Source: an uncultured Chloroflexia bacterium (GTDB taxonomy: Bacteria; Chloroflexota; Anaerolineae; Anaerolineales; E44-bin32). From it: 64,000 nt of DNA. The stretch is from positions 126,201 to 190,200 of the forward strand of contig CAVPYC010000003.1 of the NCBI GenBank assembly GCA_963709925.1, written 5' to 3'. Made by a program: the position numbers and the translations under genes. Positions 44,028 to 55,899 of this stretch are shown piece by piece. Position 1 is the first letter of the stretch. Every line of letters starts with the position of its first letter. Below the pieces are notes generated by a model, which was not told where the DNA came from, ran no database searches, and worked only from the letters and a program-made list of their open reading frames with translations.

Positions 44028-44356
44028 ACGCAGATCCATTGCGATCGCCGGAACGTCTTCCATGGCGGTCCTCCAGACCGACAGCGGCATCGAACCCCGA
44101 AGTAGTCATGGATGAGCTTGTCCCGCATGCCGGCCACTTCGCGCCAGGGGACGACGGCGTATTCTTCCTTGAAAGACGTAGGGATCTTCTTCGAGGCCTC
44201 GCCGATGATCTCGATCGCACGCACGACGGCGTACTGGGTGCGTTCGTCCGTGAGGAACTCCTGCTCGGTCATCCCGGAGGTGAAGGTGGCCACCTTTTCA
44301 GTGGCCTCGAGCATGTCGTCCACGTAGTCCCGGAACTCCGACTTGCCCCTCATACA
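44028..44356 (-). CDS. hepT: HepT-like toxin (DUF86; nucleotidyltransferase-substrate-binding type II TA toxin); C-terminus frame-shifted
   Basis: [20 protein letters not shown]...[47 protein letters not shown]. Two small indels restore ...[24 protein letters not shown]. Confidence 0.65.
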
Positions 44357-44609
44357 GGAACGAGGCTTTCGGAGGATTTGGGCGCCGATGCGGGGGCTTG
44401 AGGGCGTTGCGGAGGACCAGATCGACCGGGGAACCCAGTCGGTCGGATAGCAGGTTCTCCAGTTCGACGAACGGCAAGGAGGCCGGGGGTTCGCTAAACG
44501 AGACGAGCAAGTCGATATCCCCGGCTGGATTCTCCAACTGCGGGTGGGTGATCGAACCGAATACGGCGATTTCCTCGACGCGGTAGCGAGCCCGGAGGTC
44601 CGGTAGCAT
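44298..44609 (-). CDS. mntA: MntA-like minimal nucleotidyltransferase antitoxin
   Basis: AGGAGGAG RBS then ATG at 44609. [23 protein letters not shown] is the NTase GS...D.D motif. The ORF tail over-reads into hepT, so the true stop probably lies at about 44330. Confidence 0.65.
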   Translation of the reverse strand: MLPDLRARYRVEEIAVFGSITHPQLENPAGDIDLLVSFSEPPASLPFVELENLLSDRLGSPVDLVLRNALKPPHRRPNPPKASFLYEGQVGVPGLRGRHARGH

Positions 44610-44768
44610 CTCCTCCTCAGGACTGGCAGAACAGTCTCGAGCGTCGGCTTTCTATTCACGATGGGGATTATACAGGTCGCCCCTGGTTCTCGGCCCCACG
44701 CCCTGCGGTCCTGGTGGTCGTTCCGGGGCGCAGCGGTTTCCGTGTGATCAAACGGTCGACGAATGGCT

Positions 44769-45886
44769 CTCAAATGGGCTCCATGCCTTCGTTGAGGATG
44801 GCGAGATAGCGGTCGTAGGCGTACACGCGGTTGCGCCGTCGGCCGGTGAGTTCGCGGGCCACTGCCGGCCGCCAGGATCTCGATGGCACGGGCAGCGGTC
44901 GGGTAGCTGACGCGTGCGCGCGCGGTGAATGTCGTTGATCGTTGCCACCGGCCGTGCCCGCAGCGCGCCATATACTTTCAGCAGACTTGGCGCTGCCGCG
45001 CCCCGTGCGGCGAGCCGTGCCTCGTCGTTCTGGAACAGAGCGAGTAGACGGTGCGCCGTGTCAACCGCGCTGCCAGCGGTTTCGATCACGCCTTCGAGGA
45101 AGAAATCCAGCCAGGCTTCCCAGTCGCCATCGCGGCGGACGGATCGAGCAGGCGGTAGTATTCATCGCGGTGCTGTTTGAAATAGAGGCTCAGATACAGC
45201 AGCGGCTGGCGCAGGACGCCGGCATGATGAAGCATCAGGGCAATCAGCAAGCGGCCGACGCGGCCGTTGCCGTCGAGAAACGGGTGGATGGTCTCGAACT
45301 GGACGGTGCGGCCAGGGCGGCTCGACCAGCGCGGAGAATGGCGAAGTGTCGTCGTGAAGGAACCGCTCCAGGGCGGCCATGCAGCCTCCGACGTTTCAGG
45401 GGGCGGCGGGACGAATTGGGCGTTACCCGGCCGAGGGCCACCGATCCAGTTCTGGGAGCGACGGAACTGGCCGGGGGATATCCCGCTCCCCCGGCCCCGT
45501 TCCAGGAGACGAGCGTGCATCTCCCGAACGAGGCGGTTCGAGAGGGGGGATCCTCGCTGCAGCCGGTCTAGCCCGTGATTGAGCGCGGCGACGTAGTTGG
45601 AAACCTCCACCACGTCGTCCAGCGGTACGCCTGGCGCATCTTCCAGCTCGAATAGCAGCAGCTGGGCGAGCGACGATTGGGTTCCCTCGATCTGGATGTA
45701 GATGCACGGCTTCGTCCGGACGTAGGCGTAGAGGAAGACATCGGGGTCCGGCAGGAGCAGCGTGACGCTGTCGAGCCGTCCCAGCGTGAGCGTGGCGGTG
45801 CTCGACCAGACGCTGTCGTTCGTGGGTGAGCTCCAGCGGCGGATCCGGCGGCAAGGGGCCGGGTAGACAAGCCCGACCCTGTTCAC
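44769..45886 (-). CDS. Fic/DOC-family protein with C-terminal winged HTH; at least 2 frame changes
   Basis: [20 protein letters not shown]...[14 protein letters not shown], the Fic motif [14 protein letters not shown], and the C-terminal ...[16 protein letters not shown]...[24 protein letters not shown] recovered across frames. Confidence 0.65.
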
Positions 45887-46165
45887 CGCCGGCGGACGTC
45901 ACCTTGTACTGGCCCGTCGGGCCTCGATGCACTGCGGGGCCTCCCTGCGCTCTGCGATCGTTGAATAGCATACCACGCTATTTAACCAACAACCCAATTC
46001 GCTTAATAGCGCGGGAAATCGTGGATCGCCTAACATCCCGGGCCGATTGCCGGAGAGCGTGTGGTTGGCGCGGGTTACTGTTCTTTCTGGGGAAGCGCCT
46101 CGGACCGTGCCTGACGTTTCGGGCCCGATCTCATGGTCCGGTCTGGCGTAGCTTTGGCCCGTTTG

Positions 46166-46291
46166 GTTGTCTTGAACCACTGCGAGTTGTGATGTACCTT
46201 AGGTGGTACTCGAGTACTCCCCGTTTTCCCGGGCTTGAGAGCCCGGACGTCGCCTTACCACGGGGGTCACAAGCGTCGTGCGCCTCAGGGT
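46166..46291 (+). promoter_or_regulatory. Conserved leader of surface-protein copy B (same palindrome AGTACTCGAGTACT and stem-loop as 39194-39307)
   Basis: About 95% identical to the copy-A leader. Confidence 0.45.
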
Positions 46292-48677
46292 ATGTCTCTC
46301 CATCGACTGCTCTCCTCAGGCCTGCTGGCCCTGGGCGCCCTGACCCTGGGCCGGGCTGGGCGCTGGCCGACTACACCGGCCCCGACCGGCGATCTCGACC
46401 TTTTCCTGGGAGCGGCTGGTCTGCGACTATGACGTGGTCTACGAGATCCGCCCGGTACAGGCTGGTATGGCTGCAGCCTGACCCTTTACGAGCCTCCCGA
46501 CGGGTCCTGCCCGAGCCCCTGGGGGTACTTCACCTCGAGCGCGTGTGTGGCTGGTCGGTTTCCTCCTTCTGCCCCGGACCGTACTGCGACCTGAACCAGA
46601 GCGAGAGCATCGATTTGTGCAGCTCCGGCCAGCAAGGCTGCAGGCAGGTGGAGAACCAGACCACCCTGCCGGAGGCTACGGTCGACGGGTCGGTGGACTG
46701 CGGCTCACCCGGGGTCGGGCGGGTGGTGCCGTGGCGGGGCCAGCCTGTCGCTCTCGGGGAGCGAGCCGGTCTCGGGCTACTCGATCATCGGCCTGGAAGG
46801 GACCCACAACAGCACACCCTTCTACTGCTCCGGCCCGTCGTGCGGCCTGCCGCTGGTCGAAGGCGGCGATCGAGTTCGACTTCTGGGCTATCTCCTCGTT
46901 CGGGGACACCTCGCGGATGGGCTCGGCCGGAGGATTGCTGGACGGCGGAGATCCGTCGATGAACGGGTCGATCTCCGGCACCGGTGGAGGAACATCCAGC
47001 TGGTCTCGTCGGCGCTGGTTGTCGGCGGCCTGGCCAGCGACCACGGTCTCAGGTCTGGCCAGCCTGGACGTGGTCGATGGCGGCGGTGGAGTTGCTATGG
47101 CGATCTGGCGATCACCCTCGGCGATGGAAGCCACGACGTCGAGCTGCGAGCGATCAAGACATCGTCGCGACACCACCAGCGAAGGCCTGAGCGTCGACAT
47201 TGACAGCGTCGCTCGATCTTCATGGACCTGGAACGCGGTGCCGTCGTTCTGCCCGGGTTGCGGCGAGACCCTGGGTGTCCTGGTCATGGTCCAGGACAGC
47301 GGCAGCGGGATCGCCGACTGGGACCTGACGTCCGACGGGATGGGCATCAGCCGGCGGCGGGAGCGCCACCAGCACAGACGATCACCTGGGGCAGGTGATG
47401 GCCTCGGGGAGGGCATGCACGACATCGACCTCGACGCCCGCGACGTCGGCGGGGAACGAGTTCAGGCCGAAGCTTCACGGTCAGACTTGGTGCTGCCAAC
47501 CCCCACCCCGACTGACAGAGCCGACACGAAGACCTCCTGGTGCCGACGGACACTCCGGCAGCCGCCGTCAAGCTATTCGACCTGTTCTCCAGCGCCAGAC
47601 CCCTGTCCGCCGCTGCCGCCAGCGGCACTTCGGCGGCTCACACCCACGCGTTCCCCGACGGCCACGCGGACGCCGCTGACGATCCTGTTCGGCGCTCCGC
47701 CTCCGGCTCCGGCGAGGCCCGCCCGGAGCGGTCCACCTGGCGACCCACTTCGCCGGCGCCGCCGCCGGGTGCAGCGGTTCGATGCTGGCGATGCCCTCGA
47801 GCGTGGTCTACGGCGGCGCAGCGTTGGCGCTGCGGGCTGCCGCGGCGGCCTATGCGGCTCGACCAGGCGCGCAGGCGGAAGGAGGACAAGTGTGCGACGC
47901 AGAGGGAGGAGATGCGGCAGCGCGAATGCGACGGCGGAGGCGGGAGAAGGCGGAAGCGGAGCGAATTGCCGAGGCGAGCAGCCAGGCCGAGCACGACCTG
48001 TTGATGGGCGAGATCCTCAACCAGGCGACGGGCGGCGATGCGCCTTCGGCCGCCTGGCTGGCCGCGGCGGCGGCAGCGGCGAAGCGGCGCGGCGCAGGCT
48101 GGAGGGGAAGGAAGAGATGCTCGACGCCGGAGCCGATCCGAATTCCGACGCCGCCGCCACCGTGGGCCGGATCGACTTCGACATCGGCCGCTTGGAAGCA
48201 GCAGGACTATGCGGCGGTGGGAGGCATGGGAGAGGGCTGTCGCGCCAGAGCGATACCGCCGCACGGAACATGATTCTCCGACACAGACCACCTCGGACAG
48301 AGATCCCGTGGTGGCAGCAACCCATCCGCTGGCTCAACGATGCACTGGTCGATTTCGTTGTACACCCTCCACCCATACTAAGTCTTTCATTCGCACAGCA
48401 AGCTCCTGGAGCTGCGCTCCAGAGCTACGTCCTCGACGAGTGGATCAGGTATCAACCTAGGGCTGGCAGCTTTCTGGACGAGATCAGTTATCAGAGCGTC
48501 TCCGTGTGCGGAGATATGTCGTATAAGATCACTAGCAATCCAGCAGGCCTCGCAGACGTGAATCTCGCCAATGGTCGTCTCACCTTATATCTCCCCGAGC
48601 TGACGAAGTCGGACATCATTCTACGTTCAGCTTTCGCCCTCAGTTTCGGTCCGTCACGACCGTACCTGTGGACGTGA
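46292..48677 (+). pseudogene. Large cell-surface protein, copy B: about 90% nucleotide identity to copy A over about 2 kb, then a divergent low-GC (about 52%) 3' end. Heavily frame-disrupted
   Basis: MSLHRLLSSGLLALGALTLG... parallels copy A through WKQ[EQ]DYAA (48215 versus 41214). Numerous small indels relative to A. Tail ...PIRWLNDALVDFVVHPP...GDMSYKITSNPAGLADVNLANGRLTLYLPELTKSDIILRSAFALSFGPSRPYLWT*. Confidence 0.55.
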
Positions 48678-49249
48678 CCAGTCTCCCCGTCGATGGCCTG
48701 GGACACTGGTGGTCTTGTCTCGGTCACTGCTGTCGACATGGATATATTGGGAGGAACTCGGCGACGGTCAGTTTGGCAGGGGCAGGGTCTTCCTCTCGTC
48801 CATCTCGCACTATGACGGCGGGGATTTCCATCGATCGGTTCCGATCTTGCCCAGGTCGAATGACGGTCCACCGTTGGCCTCGGTTGTAGTCGTCGTGGCC
48901 GCGCGGTCGCGCCGTCACCGTCGGTTGGAGGCGGCAGTCGTTTGGCCCCTCCGTCCCCACGTTGCAGCAGCTACGGATCATCCTTCGCTTCTCAGGACCG
49001 GACAAAGAGCTTCCGTTGGGCTGTACTCTTGCCGTGCCATTGTGGCTTCCGGGTCCATCGGGAACAACCGTTTCCCGGCCTCCGAGGCCGTGCCCCGGGA
49101 TATGCCATCGCCAGACGGTATTTCCCCCGACCTGCCCGAGTTACCATCATCTCGTCAGCGAGTGCAACCAGAGGACGAATCCTGTACACGGTTCTGGGCC
49201 CTACGTCCGAACCACTAGGCCCCCCCTGTCGATGCCGTAATGATCGAGA

Positions 49250-49900
49250 TCGCCCCGAGGCCGTCGCTACTACGCGTTTGGGACAGACCCTTCCGGCGGG
49301 ACCATTGAAGTCCTCGATCTCGTTACCGGCGAGCGGAGCCTCCTCGTTGAGGGCGAGACACAATTCCCTGGAGCGGCATTGCGGTTCCCTTCGTTCTCAT
49401 GGGACGATCGCCTTGTAGTCTTCGAGGTTTCTGCAGGTAACCGGATTGACGTCGGGCTGTTTGACTTGAGGGCTGGCACGGTTCAACTGCTAGATTCTTG
49501 GGGGAGGGTTCAACAAGTGGCCGAGGGTATCGCCGGATGGAAGCAAGGTACTGGTAGTCTGTGAAAAGGAGGCTCAGGCGGCTTTCTCGCTATGCCTATT
49601 GGATCGTGAGAAACGAACGAGAGGGTACCTGGTCGATGACAGTGTATTCACGAACGGCATGTTCGCCCCGGATGGGAACACAATCGTCTACATTGCCGTG
49701 GAGGGAGCTTCCCGGGGGAGGGGCGCTTGTACCGGGTGGGCGTCGATGGCATTGACCAGCGGCTTCTGGCGTCGGATCTTCACAGCGGAGCTGCGGTTCT
49801 GGCCGTCACGGCTGATAGCGCGGGTTTACGTGCCGATATCCAGATGAACCTGCCTGCAGCTGGGTCTGCACGGTTGGCCTTGATGGCGCGAACCTCAGCG
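49250..49900 (+). pseudogene. Degraded fragment of a PD40/TolB-like beta-propeller gene
   Basis: Frame-hopping peptides GTIEVLDLVTGERSLLVEGE..FSWDDRLVVFEVSAGNRIDV, FAPDGNTIVYIAVEG and LYRVGVDGIDQRLL (PD40 repeat pattern). Low GC. Confidence 0.3.
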
Positions 49901-50625
49901 TCTGATCTACCTCGGCAAACAATGCGTTGCCTCAGCGGGTGGGTCAGGGGAGGCTCAGCCGTAGGACGACGAACCGGCCAGCCTTTCCTTCGCCTCGCTA
50001 TCGACGACGAGTTGGGTCGTGAGCACCAGGTGCTTGAGACTCGTCCTCTGGAAAGAAATGGCCGATGTTGTAGCGGATGCACGGAAGGGGAATTGACTCT
50101 TGTGAAGGGTATGTTCCGACATGGAGAAAACGACAAGGTGCGAAAGCTTCCAGTCAGCGGCTGGGACACTTTTGGCAGCTTGATCGGCAAGGATGAAGCT
50201 AGACTTGTTGCCAGTGAGAGCTACGCGGATGAGCGATCATGTTGGCGCTCGAGGTGTCAGGTATCAGGTTGACACATTCAAGTCGGAGTTCTCTGCCGTC
50301 TCAGTGTTCATCGGCTCAAGGGGTTGCAACCGGGATGGTCGATAGGTAGAGGAGAGTCCGCTGGTGGGCGTTGTCGCGAGTTCCTTGACTACCTGGAGGA
50401 TCGGCGAAAGCCCACGCGCGGAAGTCCGTCGGCAAGCGGAAGAGCTGGCGGGGCTTGGGATCAGAGAAGCCCTGCGAAGCACGCGCAGAGTTGCACCCGG
50501 GTGGAATGACGTCACACACTTGTTTGACGGTTCAGCTCCTGCGAGCGAATGGGCGAGTTTCACTCGGTACTACGACGACCGGAGCGCCCTGAGGGAGGAG
50601 GTGCTCGGAGTTAACCCATCGCCAG

Positions 50626-51194
50626 ATGCTCGCGCACTACACCACTTCTCATTCGGGTCCCTACCAGGCTTCCGTCCATTCCCGGTTGCGTGACATTCGT
50701 CACAATTCTCTAGGGTTCCCAGGGCCGAGAAGAAACCACTGGGGGAGCGGGGTGACTAAACCTCTGCGTCGTGCTGTGATACTCGTAGCGGCCTCCGCAG
50801 CTACAGGTTGGATTGTTGTTGCGATTGCGAGAGGACTTGCTGGGCACGACCCTGCTGCGAAGCTCGCCTCCGCCCTTGGTCTCGGCTCCGGGGTGATCCT
50901 GGGAGCCGTGCTGGGAGGCATTCTTGGAGGTTGGCTCGTCATCGGTGGAAGAAGGCGGGTCGCAAGGACGGCTGGCTTCCTTCTGGGCGTCGCCTTCATC
51001 TACGGCGCCTGGCTGGGGACCAGGTCCAACCTTGGGTTCTAGATGTGGTGATGCACGAGATCTTCGGAGAGGGGGGTGAGCAGTACTCCGCCCTGGTGCT
51101 GTTCTTGATCGCCATCCCGCTGTTCCGAACCGTCGCCGGGGTCGGCACAGGCCTTGTGGGGAGCCTGCTCCTGGCCCGGAGAACTCTGACCTAG
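50626..51194 (+). CDS. Small Gly-rich membrane protein (paralog of 42792..43151) with one frame change
   Basis: ORFs 50626..51042 and 50808..51194 in two frames jointly match the copy-A-side paralog. Confidence 0.45.
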
Positions 51195-51309
51195 CGAACA
51201 CGACAGGCGCAGGATTGAACAGAACCGATCGCCGATTCAGAGAGAGGATGCAGAGACGATCCCCGCACCTCTTCCCGGCCGGCACCTGCGGTAACATGAC
51301 GCCTTCGAA

Positions 51310-52860
51310 ATGGCACGGCGCGCCGTCCGCCCCCACCTGCTGGTTCTGATTCTCGCCCTCTTCGCCTCCCTCGCCGCCTGCAACTTCCCCGCACGCCAGA
51401 TGACCCTGGACGACGCCATGGCCACCATCGCCGCGGTCACCCCGGTGGCGACCGCGACGCTGCCGCCGACACAGACCCCGACGCCGCGGCCACCCCCGCA
51501 ATCCTCGTCCGGCCCTTCCCCAGCATCGATCCTCCGGGCCTGCCCTTCGCCTACACCACCCGCTCCGGCGACACCCTGGAGGCCATCGCCAGGCGATTCG
51601 AGGTCGAGCCCGCCCGGATCTCAGGGATCGCCCTGCTTCCCGCCGTCGGTTACGTCCCGGTCGGAGTGCAGCTCGAGATCCCCAACGAACTGGAGTCGAT
51701 CTCGGCCGGCGGCGACCTGCTGCCGGATGCCGAGCTGGTCTACTCACCCACCGCGGCCGACTTCGACGTGTTCGCCTTCGTCCAGTCGGCGGGCGGGTAC
51801 CTGAGCCGCTACAGCGAGGCGCTCGACGACGGGGCGGTCCTCGACGGAGCCGCCATCGTCCAACGGGTGGCCGACGAGAACTCGGTCAACCCACGGCTAT
51901 TGCTGGGGCTTCTCGAACACCGGAGCGGCTGGGTCTTCGGGACGCCGTCGAGCGCCGATGCGATCAAGCACCCGATCGGGTTCCGGATCGCCGGCACGGT
52001 CCGGCCTGTACGACGAACTCACCGTGGCCGCCGGCCAGCTCAACCTGGGCTATTACGGCTGGCGAGCCGGGACGGTGGTCGAGGTCAGCACCGCCGGCGC
52101 CGGGACGATCCGCTGGAACCCGACCCTCAACGCCGGCTCGGTGGCGTTGCTGCGGCTGTTCGTCCTGCTGACCGACTCGGACCGGTGGCTCGAGGCCATG
52201 CAGGGCCCACAAGGGTTTCCGGCGGTGTTTGAGTCGATGTTCGGGAGCGCCTGGAGGCGAGCGGAGGTCGCCGGCCCGTTGCTGGCGCCCGGCATCGAAC
52301 AGCCTTCGTTGGAACTCCCCTTCCCGGTGGGCGATCGCTGGAGCCTGACCGCCGGCCCGCACAATTCCTGGTCTTCCGGGACGCCACGCGGCGCAATCGA
52401 CCTCTCGCCCGATCACCGGCGGAGATCCGTGTGCGGTCTCGCCTGCCTGGGTCACGGCCTCGGCCCCGGGCCTCGTCGTGCGCGCCGCCGACAACGCCGT
52501 AGCGCTCGACCTCGATGGCGACGGCCGCGAGTTCGACCGGCTGGGTGCTGCTGTTCTACCACCTGGCGGACCAGGGGATGATCTCGCCCTGGGTGCGGGT
52601 CGAGACAGGCGATCCCCTCGGCCACCCGTCGTGTCAGGGCGGCCGGGCGACGGGCAAGCACGTCCATGTGGCCCGCAAGTACAACGGGGAATGGCTGCCG
52701 GCCGACGGGCCGGTTCCGTTCACGTTGGGCGGCTGGCTGGTGGTCGCCGACGCGCGCAACTACTACGGATCGCTGGTGCGGGGGAGCGAGGTGGTCACCT
52801 CGGACTCGAGCGGGGCGCAGGGGGTCGACGATCTGGAGGTGAGAGGGGCTCCGGTGAGCA
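51310..52860 (+). CDS. LysM domain plus M23-family metallopeptidase lipoprotein; at least 3 frame changes; 3' end approximate
   Basis: Lipobox LILALFASLAACNF. LysM (YTTRSGDTLEAIARRFEVEPARI) in an alternate frame. M23 motifs AGPHNSWSSGTPRGAIDLSP and GGRATGKHVHVARKYNGEWL (HxH) in ORFs 51958..52581 and 52515..53480. Confidence 0.6.
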
Positions 52861-52895
52861 GCCGGCGCGCCTGGTGTGGCCCGGGCCCGGATGGC

Positions 52896-53370
52896 CTACG
52901 AATCGCCGGCGCCTCGATGCGCCTCCTCGACGAAGCGCCGACGGATCCAGATCAAGGCGTCTCCCGGGGTCCCGATGGGGAAGGGTGCGCTTTCCATGAG
53001 TCTGCGGTTCTCGAGGAAGTGTTGGCGGTCGAGGGTCACGAAGAAGTCCGGCGAAGCCTGCCACGCCGCGGCGAGCACGGCCGCATCGCCGGGATGGTCG
53101 GTCAGGTTTCCGGCGAGACGCAGATGAGACTGCATCCGGCGCCGCGACAATGTCGAACTCGCACCCGATCGAGGAGCACGGCGACAAGGGGAACAGCGGC
53201 CGGGGCTTTACGGTTCGAGCGCGGCGTGGAGCTCATCCAGCACGTACCGAGGCTGAGGAGGAGCGAAATGGCGCCCGACTCCCCGAGGCGCAGGAGCATC
53301 CTGGCGCCTCCTTCGTCGGACCAGATCCCCGAAAACAACGCGCTCGTATCAAGGAAGATCCTCGGCCTAG
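52896..53370 (-). CDS. vapC: VapC-like PIN-domain toxin; one frame change
   Basis: N-terminal RIFLDTSALFSGIW (PIN Asp) in ORF 53102..53470. C-terminal PGDAAVLAAAWQASPDFFVTLDRQHF in ORF 52896..53150. Confidence 0.55.
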
Positions 53371-53624
53371 CGCTGGTAGCGGTCACGTTCTTCGCGGAGC
53401 GTGCGCAGCATGCCTTCGAGGGTCCCACCTTGCTCGGCCAGCGAGCGCGACACCCGGTCGGCCAGCGCATCCACCTGTGAGACCCGAGGGCTCAGGACGA
53501 ACACGCCCCCAAGATCGAGCAAGGTCATGCGGGCACCCGGCTCCAGGTCGTATGCCTTGCGTATCGCCTTGGGGATGACGATGACGCCCCTCTGCGCCAT
53601 CTGGACTTCCGAAGCCTCGATCAA
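53367..53624 (-). CDS. vapB: AbrB/SpoVT-type antitoxin (VapB/MazE-like)
   Basis: MAQRGVIVIPKAIRKAYDLEPGARMTLLDLGGVFVLSP is a swapped-hairpin AbrB domain. Overlaps the vapC start. Confidence 0.65.
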   Translation of the reverse strand: MIEASEVQMAQRGVIVIPKAIRKAYDLEPGARMTLLDLGGVFVLSPRVSQVDALADRVSRSLAEQGGTLEGMLRTLREERDRYQR

Positions 53625-53790
53625 GCGGCCCTCCCTGGGGTCTGCCTGATCGTCAGATTATCAGAAGAACAGAAAGGCGTCAACAGGCGGCTTGTACGCC
53701 CTAGGCCTCGGCCCATTGTCCAAGAGCGTATTTGCCGTACTCGAGATCCTGCCGCCGGCGGGAATAGGCCGCGAGGGCGCCCGAGAACCC

Positions 53791-54719
53791 CTACTCCCCG
53801 ATCGAAAACCGGCTGAAGAACTCCCACATCACGCGGGTGGCGTCGATGTCCTGGGTGGTGTGACCGACGATCCACTCCGGCATCGGGCCCCCGCCGGGCC
53901 AGGAGTGTCCGCCGCCGGCGATCGTGTAGAACTCGACGTCGGCCCCCTGCTGGCAGCCCGTGTATCGAATCCCGCTGGCCTCGCCGCTCTCGGGCAGGTC
54001 GACCGGGGTTTCGTCGCACCCGTTGAGCCCGGCGCGGGCTGCGAGCCCACTCCGGGATGACGGGCAATCGAAACTCAGAGCCCTCCGACGGCCCACCCAG
54101 GTACGGCACGATGGCGTCGACGGTACCGTGGAAGATGATCATCGGCACCGGCCTGGACGGGAGGCAGTCCTCGAGCGGGAGCGCGTAGGCGCCGGCCACG
54201 CCACCGATGGCGGCGATCCGATCCGAGAGGGCGCAACCCAGCAAGAACGACATCCCGCCGCCATTGGAGAGCCCGTTGGCGTAGATCCGGGCCGGATCGA
54301 TGTTGTACTCGGCCGACAGCGTGTCGATCAGATCGGAGATGAAGACCACGTCGGCCATCGGGTCTCCCGGCCACCCGCCGGCCCGCCAGCGGCGTGGGAA
54401 CCCGGTGCCCTCGGGGTACACCACCAGGAATCCATGTTCCTCCGCCAGGTCGTTCCAGCCGCTAATCTGCATCTGATGGGCCGGCCATTCGACGAAGCCG
54501 TGCAGGCTGATCACCAGCGGTGTCGGCCGGGCCGGGTCATAGCGTGCCGGGCACGAAGAGCAGGTACGTGCGCTTCTGCCCGGAAGAGGCGATCTCCCCG
54601 TTCGTCTTGTTGAGCCAGGTGAACAGAAGGCCGATGATCAGCGCCGCCAGGGCGAGCAGGCCAAGAACAGCGAGAGTGCCCCGAGCGAGGGCCCTTCCCA
54701 ATCGAGCGATACCCCTCAT
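53791..54719 (-). CDS. PHB-depolymerase-family esterase (LpqC-like) with signal/TM anchor; two frame changes
   Basis: N-terminus MRGIARLGRALARGTLAVLGLLALAAL...RTYLLFVPGT (ORF 54537..54719). Core ISLHGF...YANGLSNGGGMSF...IIFHGTVDAIVP (ORF 53621..54514). C-terminus YTIAGGGHSWPGG (ORF 53791..54096). Confidence 0.65.
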
Positions 54720-55162
54720 GCGGGGAATCCTACCAGCGTCGCCGCTCAGGCGAGCGGCCGGTGCGCCAAGACGGGCAGACGGATGGCGCTCATGTCTTCA
54801 CCGCTCGGCTTATGGCTTGCCCTTGCGGTATCTGCCTCGACGATCCGTCCCTGGGTCCGCATCGGGTGACCCGCGGAACCAGGTTGGGCGGAGGCCGGCA
54901 GCACGACCTTGCCGCCCAGATCCGCCAGGCACAGGGGCCTGTCGACGTTGAGCCAGGTCTCGCCGGTCAGCACCGGGGCCGGGCCTCCTTCCGGCAAGGC
55001 CGGGATTTCCGTTGTCGGTCGCCCGGGAGCAGAGCCTCCGGCCATCGCCGTCCGCCCCCGCGACTTTTGGCCGGCCCGCCGTGTAGTACCTTGGGAGATC
55101 GATCCACCGCCAAGGGTGCGGCGAAGGAGGACCGGTTGACTGCTCCTGCGAAGACCCAGGCC

Positions 55163-55884
55163 ATGTTCGGGCGAGGCCTGTGGAACATCTGGTTCTGGAT
55201 CCTGGGTGGCCTCGCGTTCTGGGTGCTCAGCCTTGCCACGGCCTCCGGCCCAAGATCGCCCTACTGGCCAGCAGATCTGGGCCTGGTTGCCCTCATGCTG
55301 GGAGGCATGTGGGCGGCGACACGGGGCCATCCCCTTTCGCAGTTCATCCGCCTTCCCAGGGCCGTCGCCCCCTTCGCCTACGTCTTCCTGGTCTGGCTGT
55401 TCGGCATGATCTTCGAACTGACTCTGACCGTCACTGGTGAGGGGGTCGGTGGGTTGCACCCGAGCAGCGTGCCCTCCTTCATCCTCGCCCAGGGGGATTA
55501 CATCCCGATCGCGCTCGTGTCGTACTTCGTCATCCGGCGGACGCACGCCTCTTTCAAGGAGGCCTTTTCTTCGCCGGCGGGAAGAGCCTGACCGAGGGGA
55601 TCATCTTCACTGGTGTTCTGCTTTCCCAGATCGCCTCCCCCATGTTCTTCCTCTCCCCTCTCACCCTTGCCTACTACACCCTCGCCTACGCCAGCTTCGT
55701 CGCCGCGCCCCTGATGCTTGTGGACGCAGAGCTCCTTTGGGACACCTCCCTTCAGCCCAAGCGACGTTCCGTTCTCTTCTTCTGGGTGCTCGGCTTCGCC
55801 CTGGCCATCGCCATCCGCATCTTCTGGGGGCTGGTGTATGGCCCCCTGGTCACCCAGTTATTCCAATTGCCCCCGACCCCTTGA
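55163..55884 (+). CDS. Hypothetical polytopic membrane protein (about 240 aa) with one frame change near 55560
   Basis: MFGRGLWNIWFWILGGLAFWVLSLA... continuing in ORF 55642..55884 (MFFLSPLTLAYYTLAYASFVAAPLMLV...). No family recognised. Confidence 0.4.
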
Positions 55885-55899
55885 GACCGACCATGAGAC

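Noticed and set aside
45826-46962. 378-aa plus-strand ORF spanning the copy-B leader
   Set aside because: It reads through non-coding leader sequence. The real copy-B start is the ATG at 46292, aligned with copy A.
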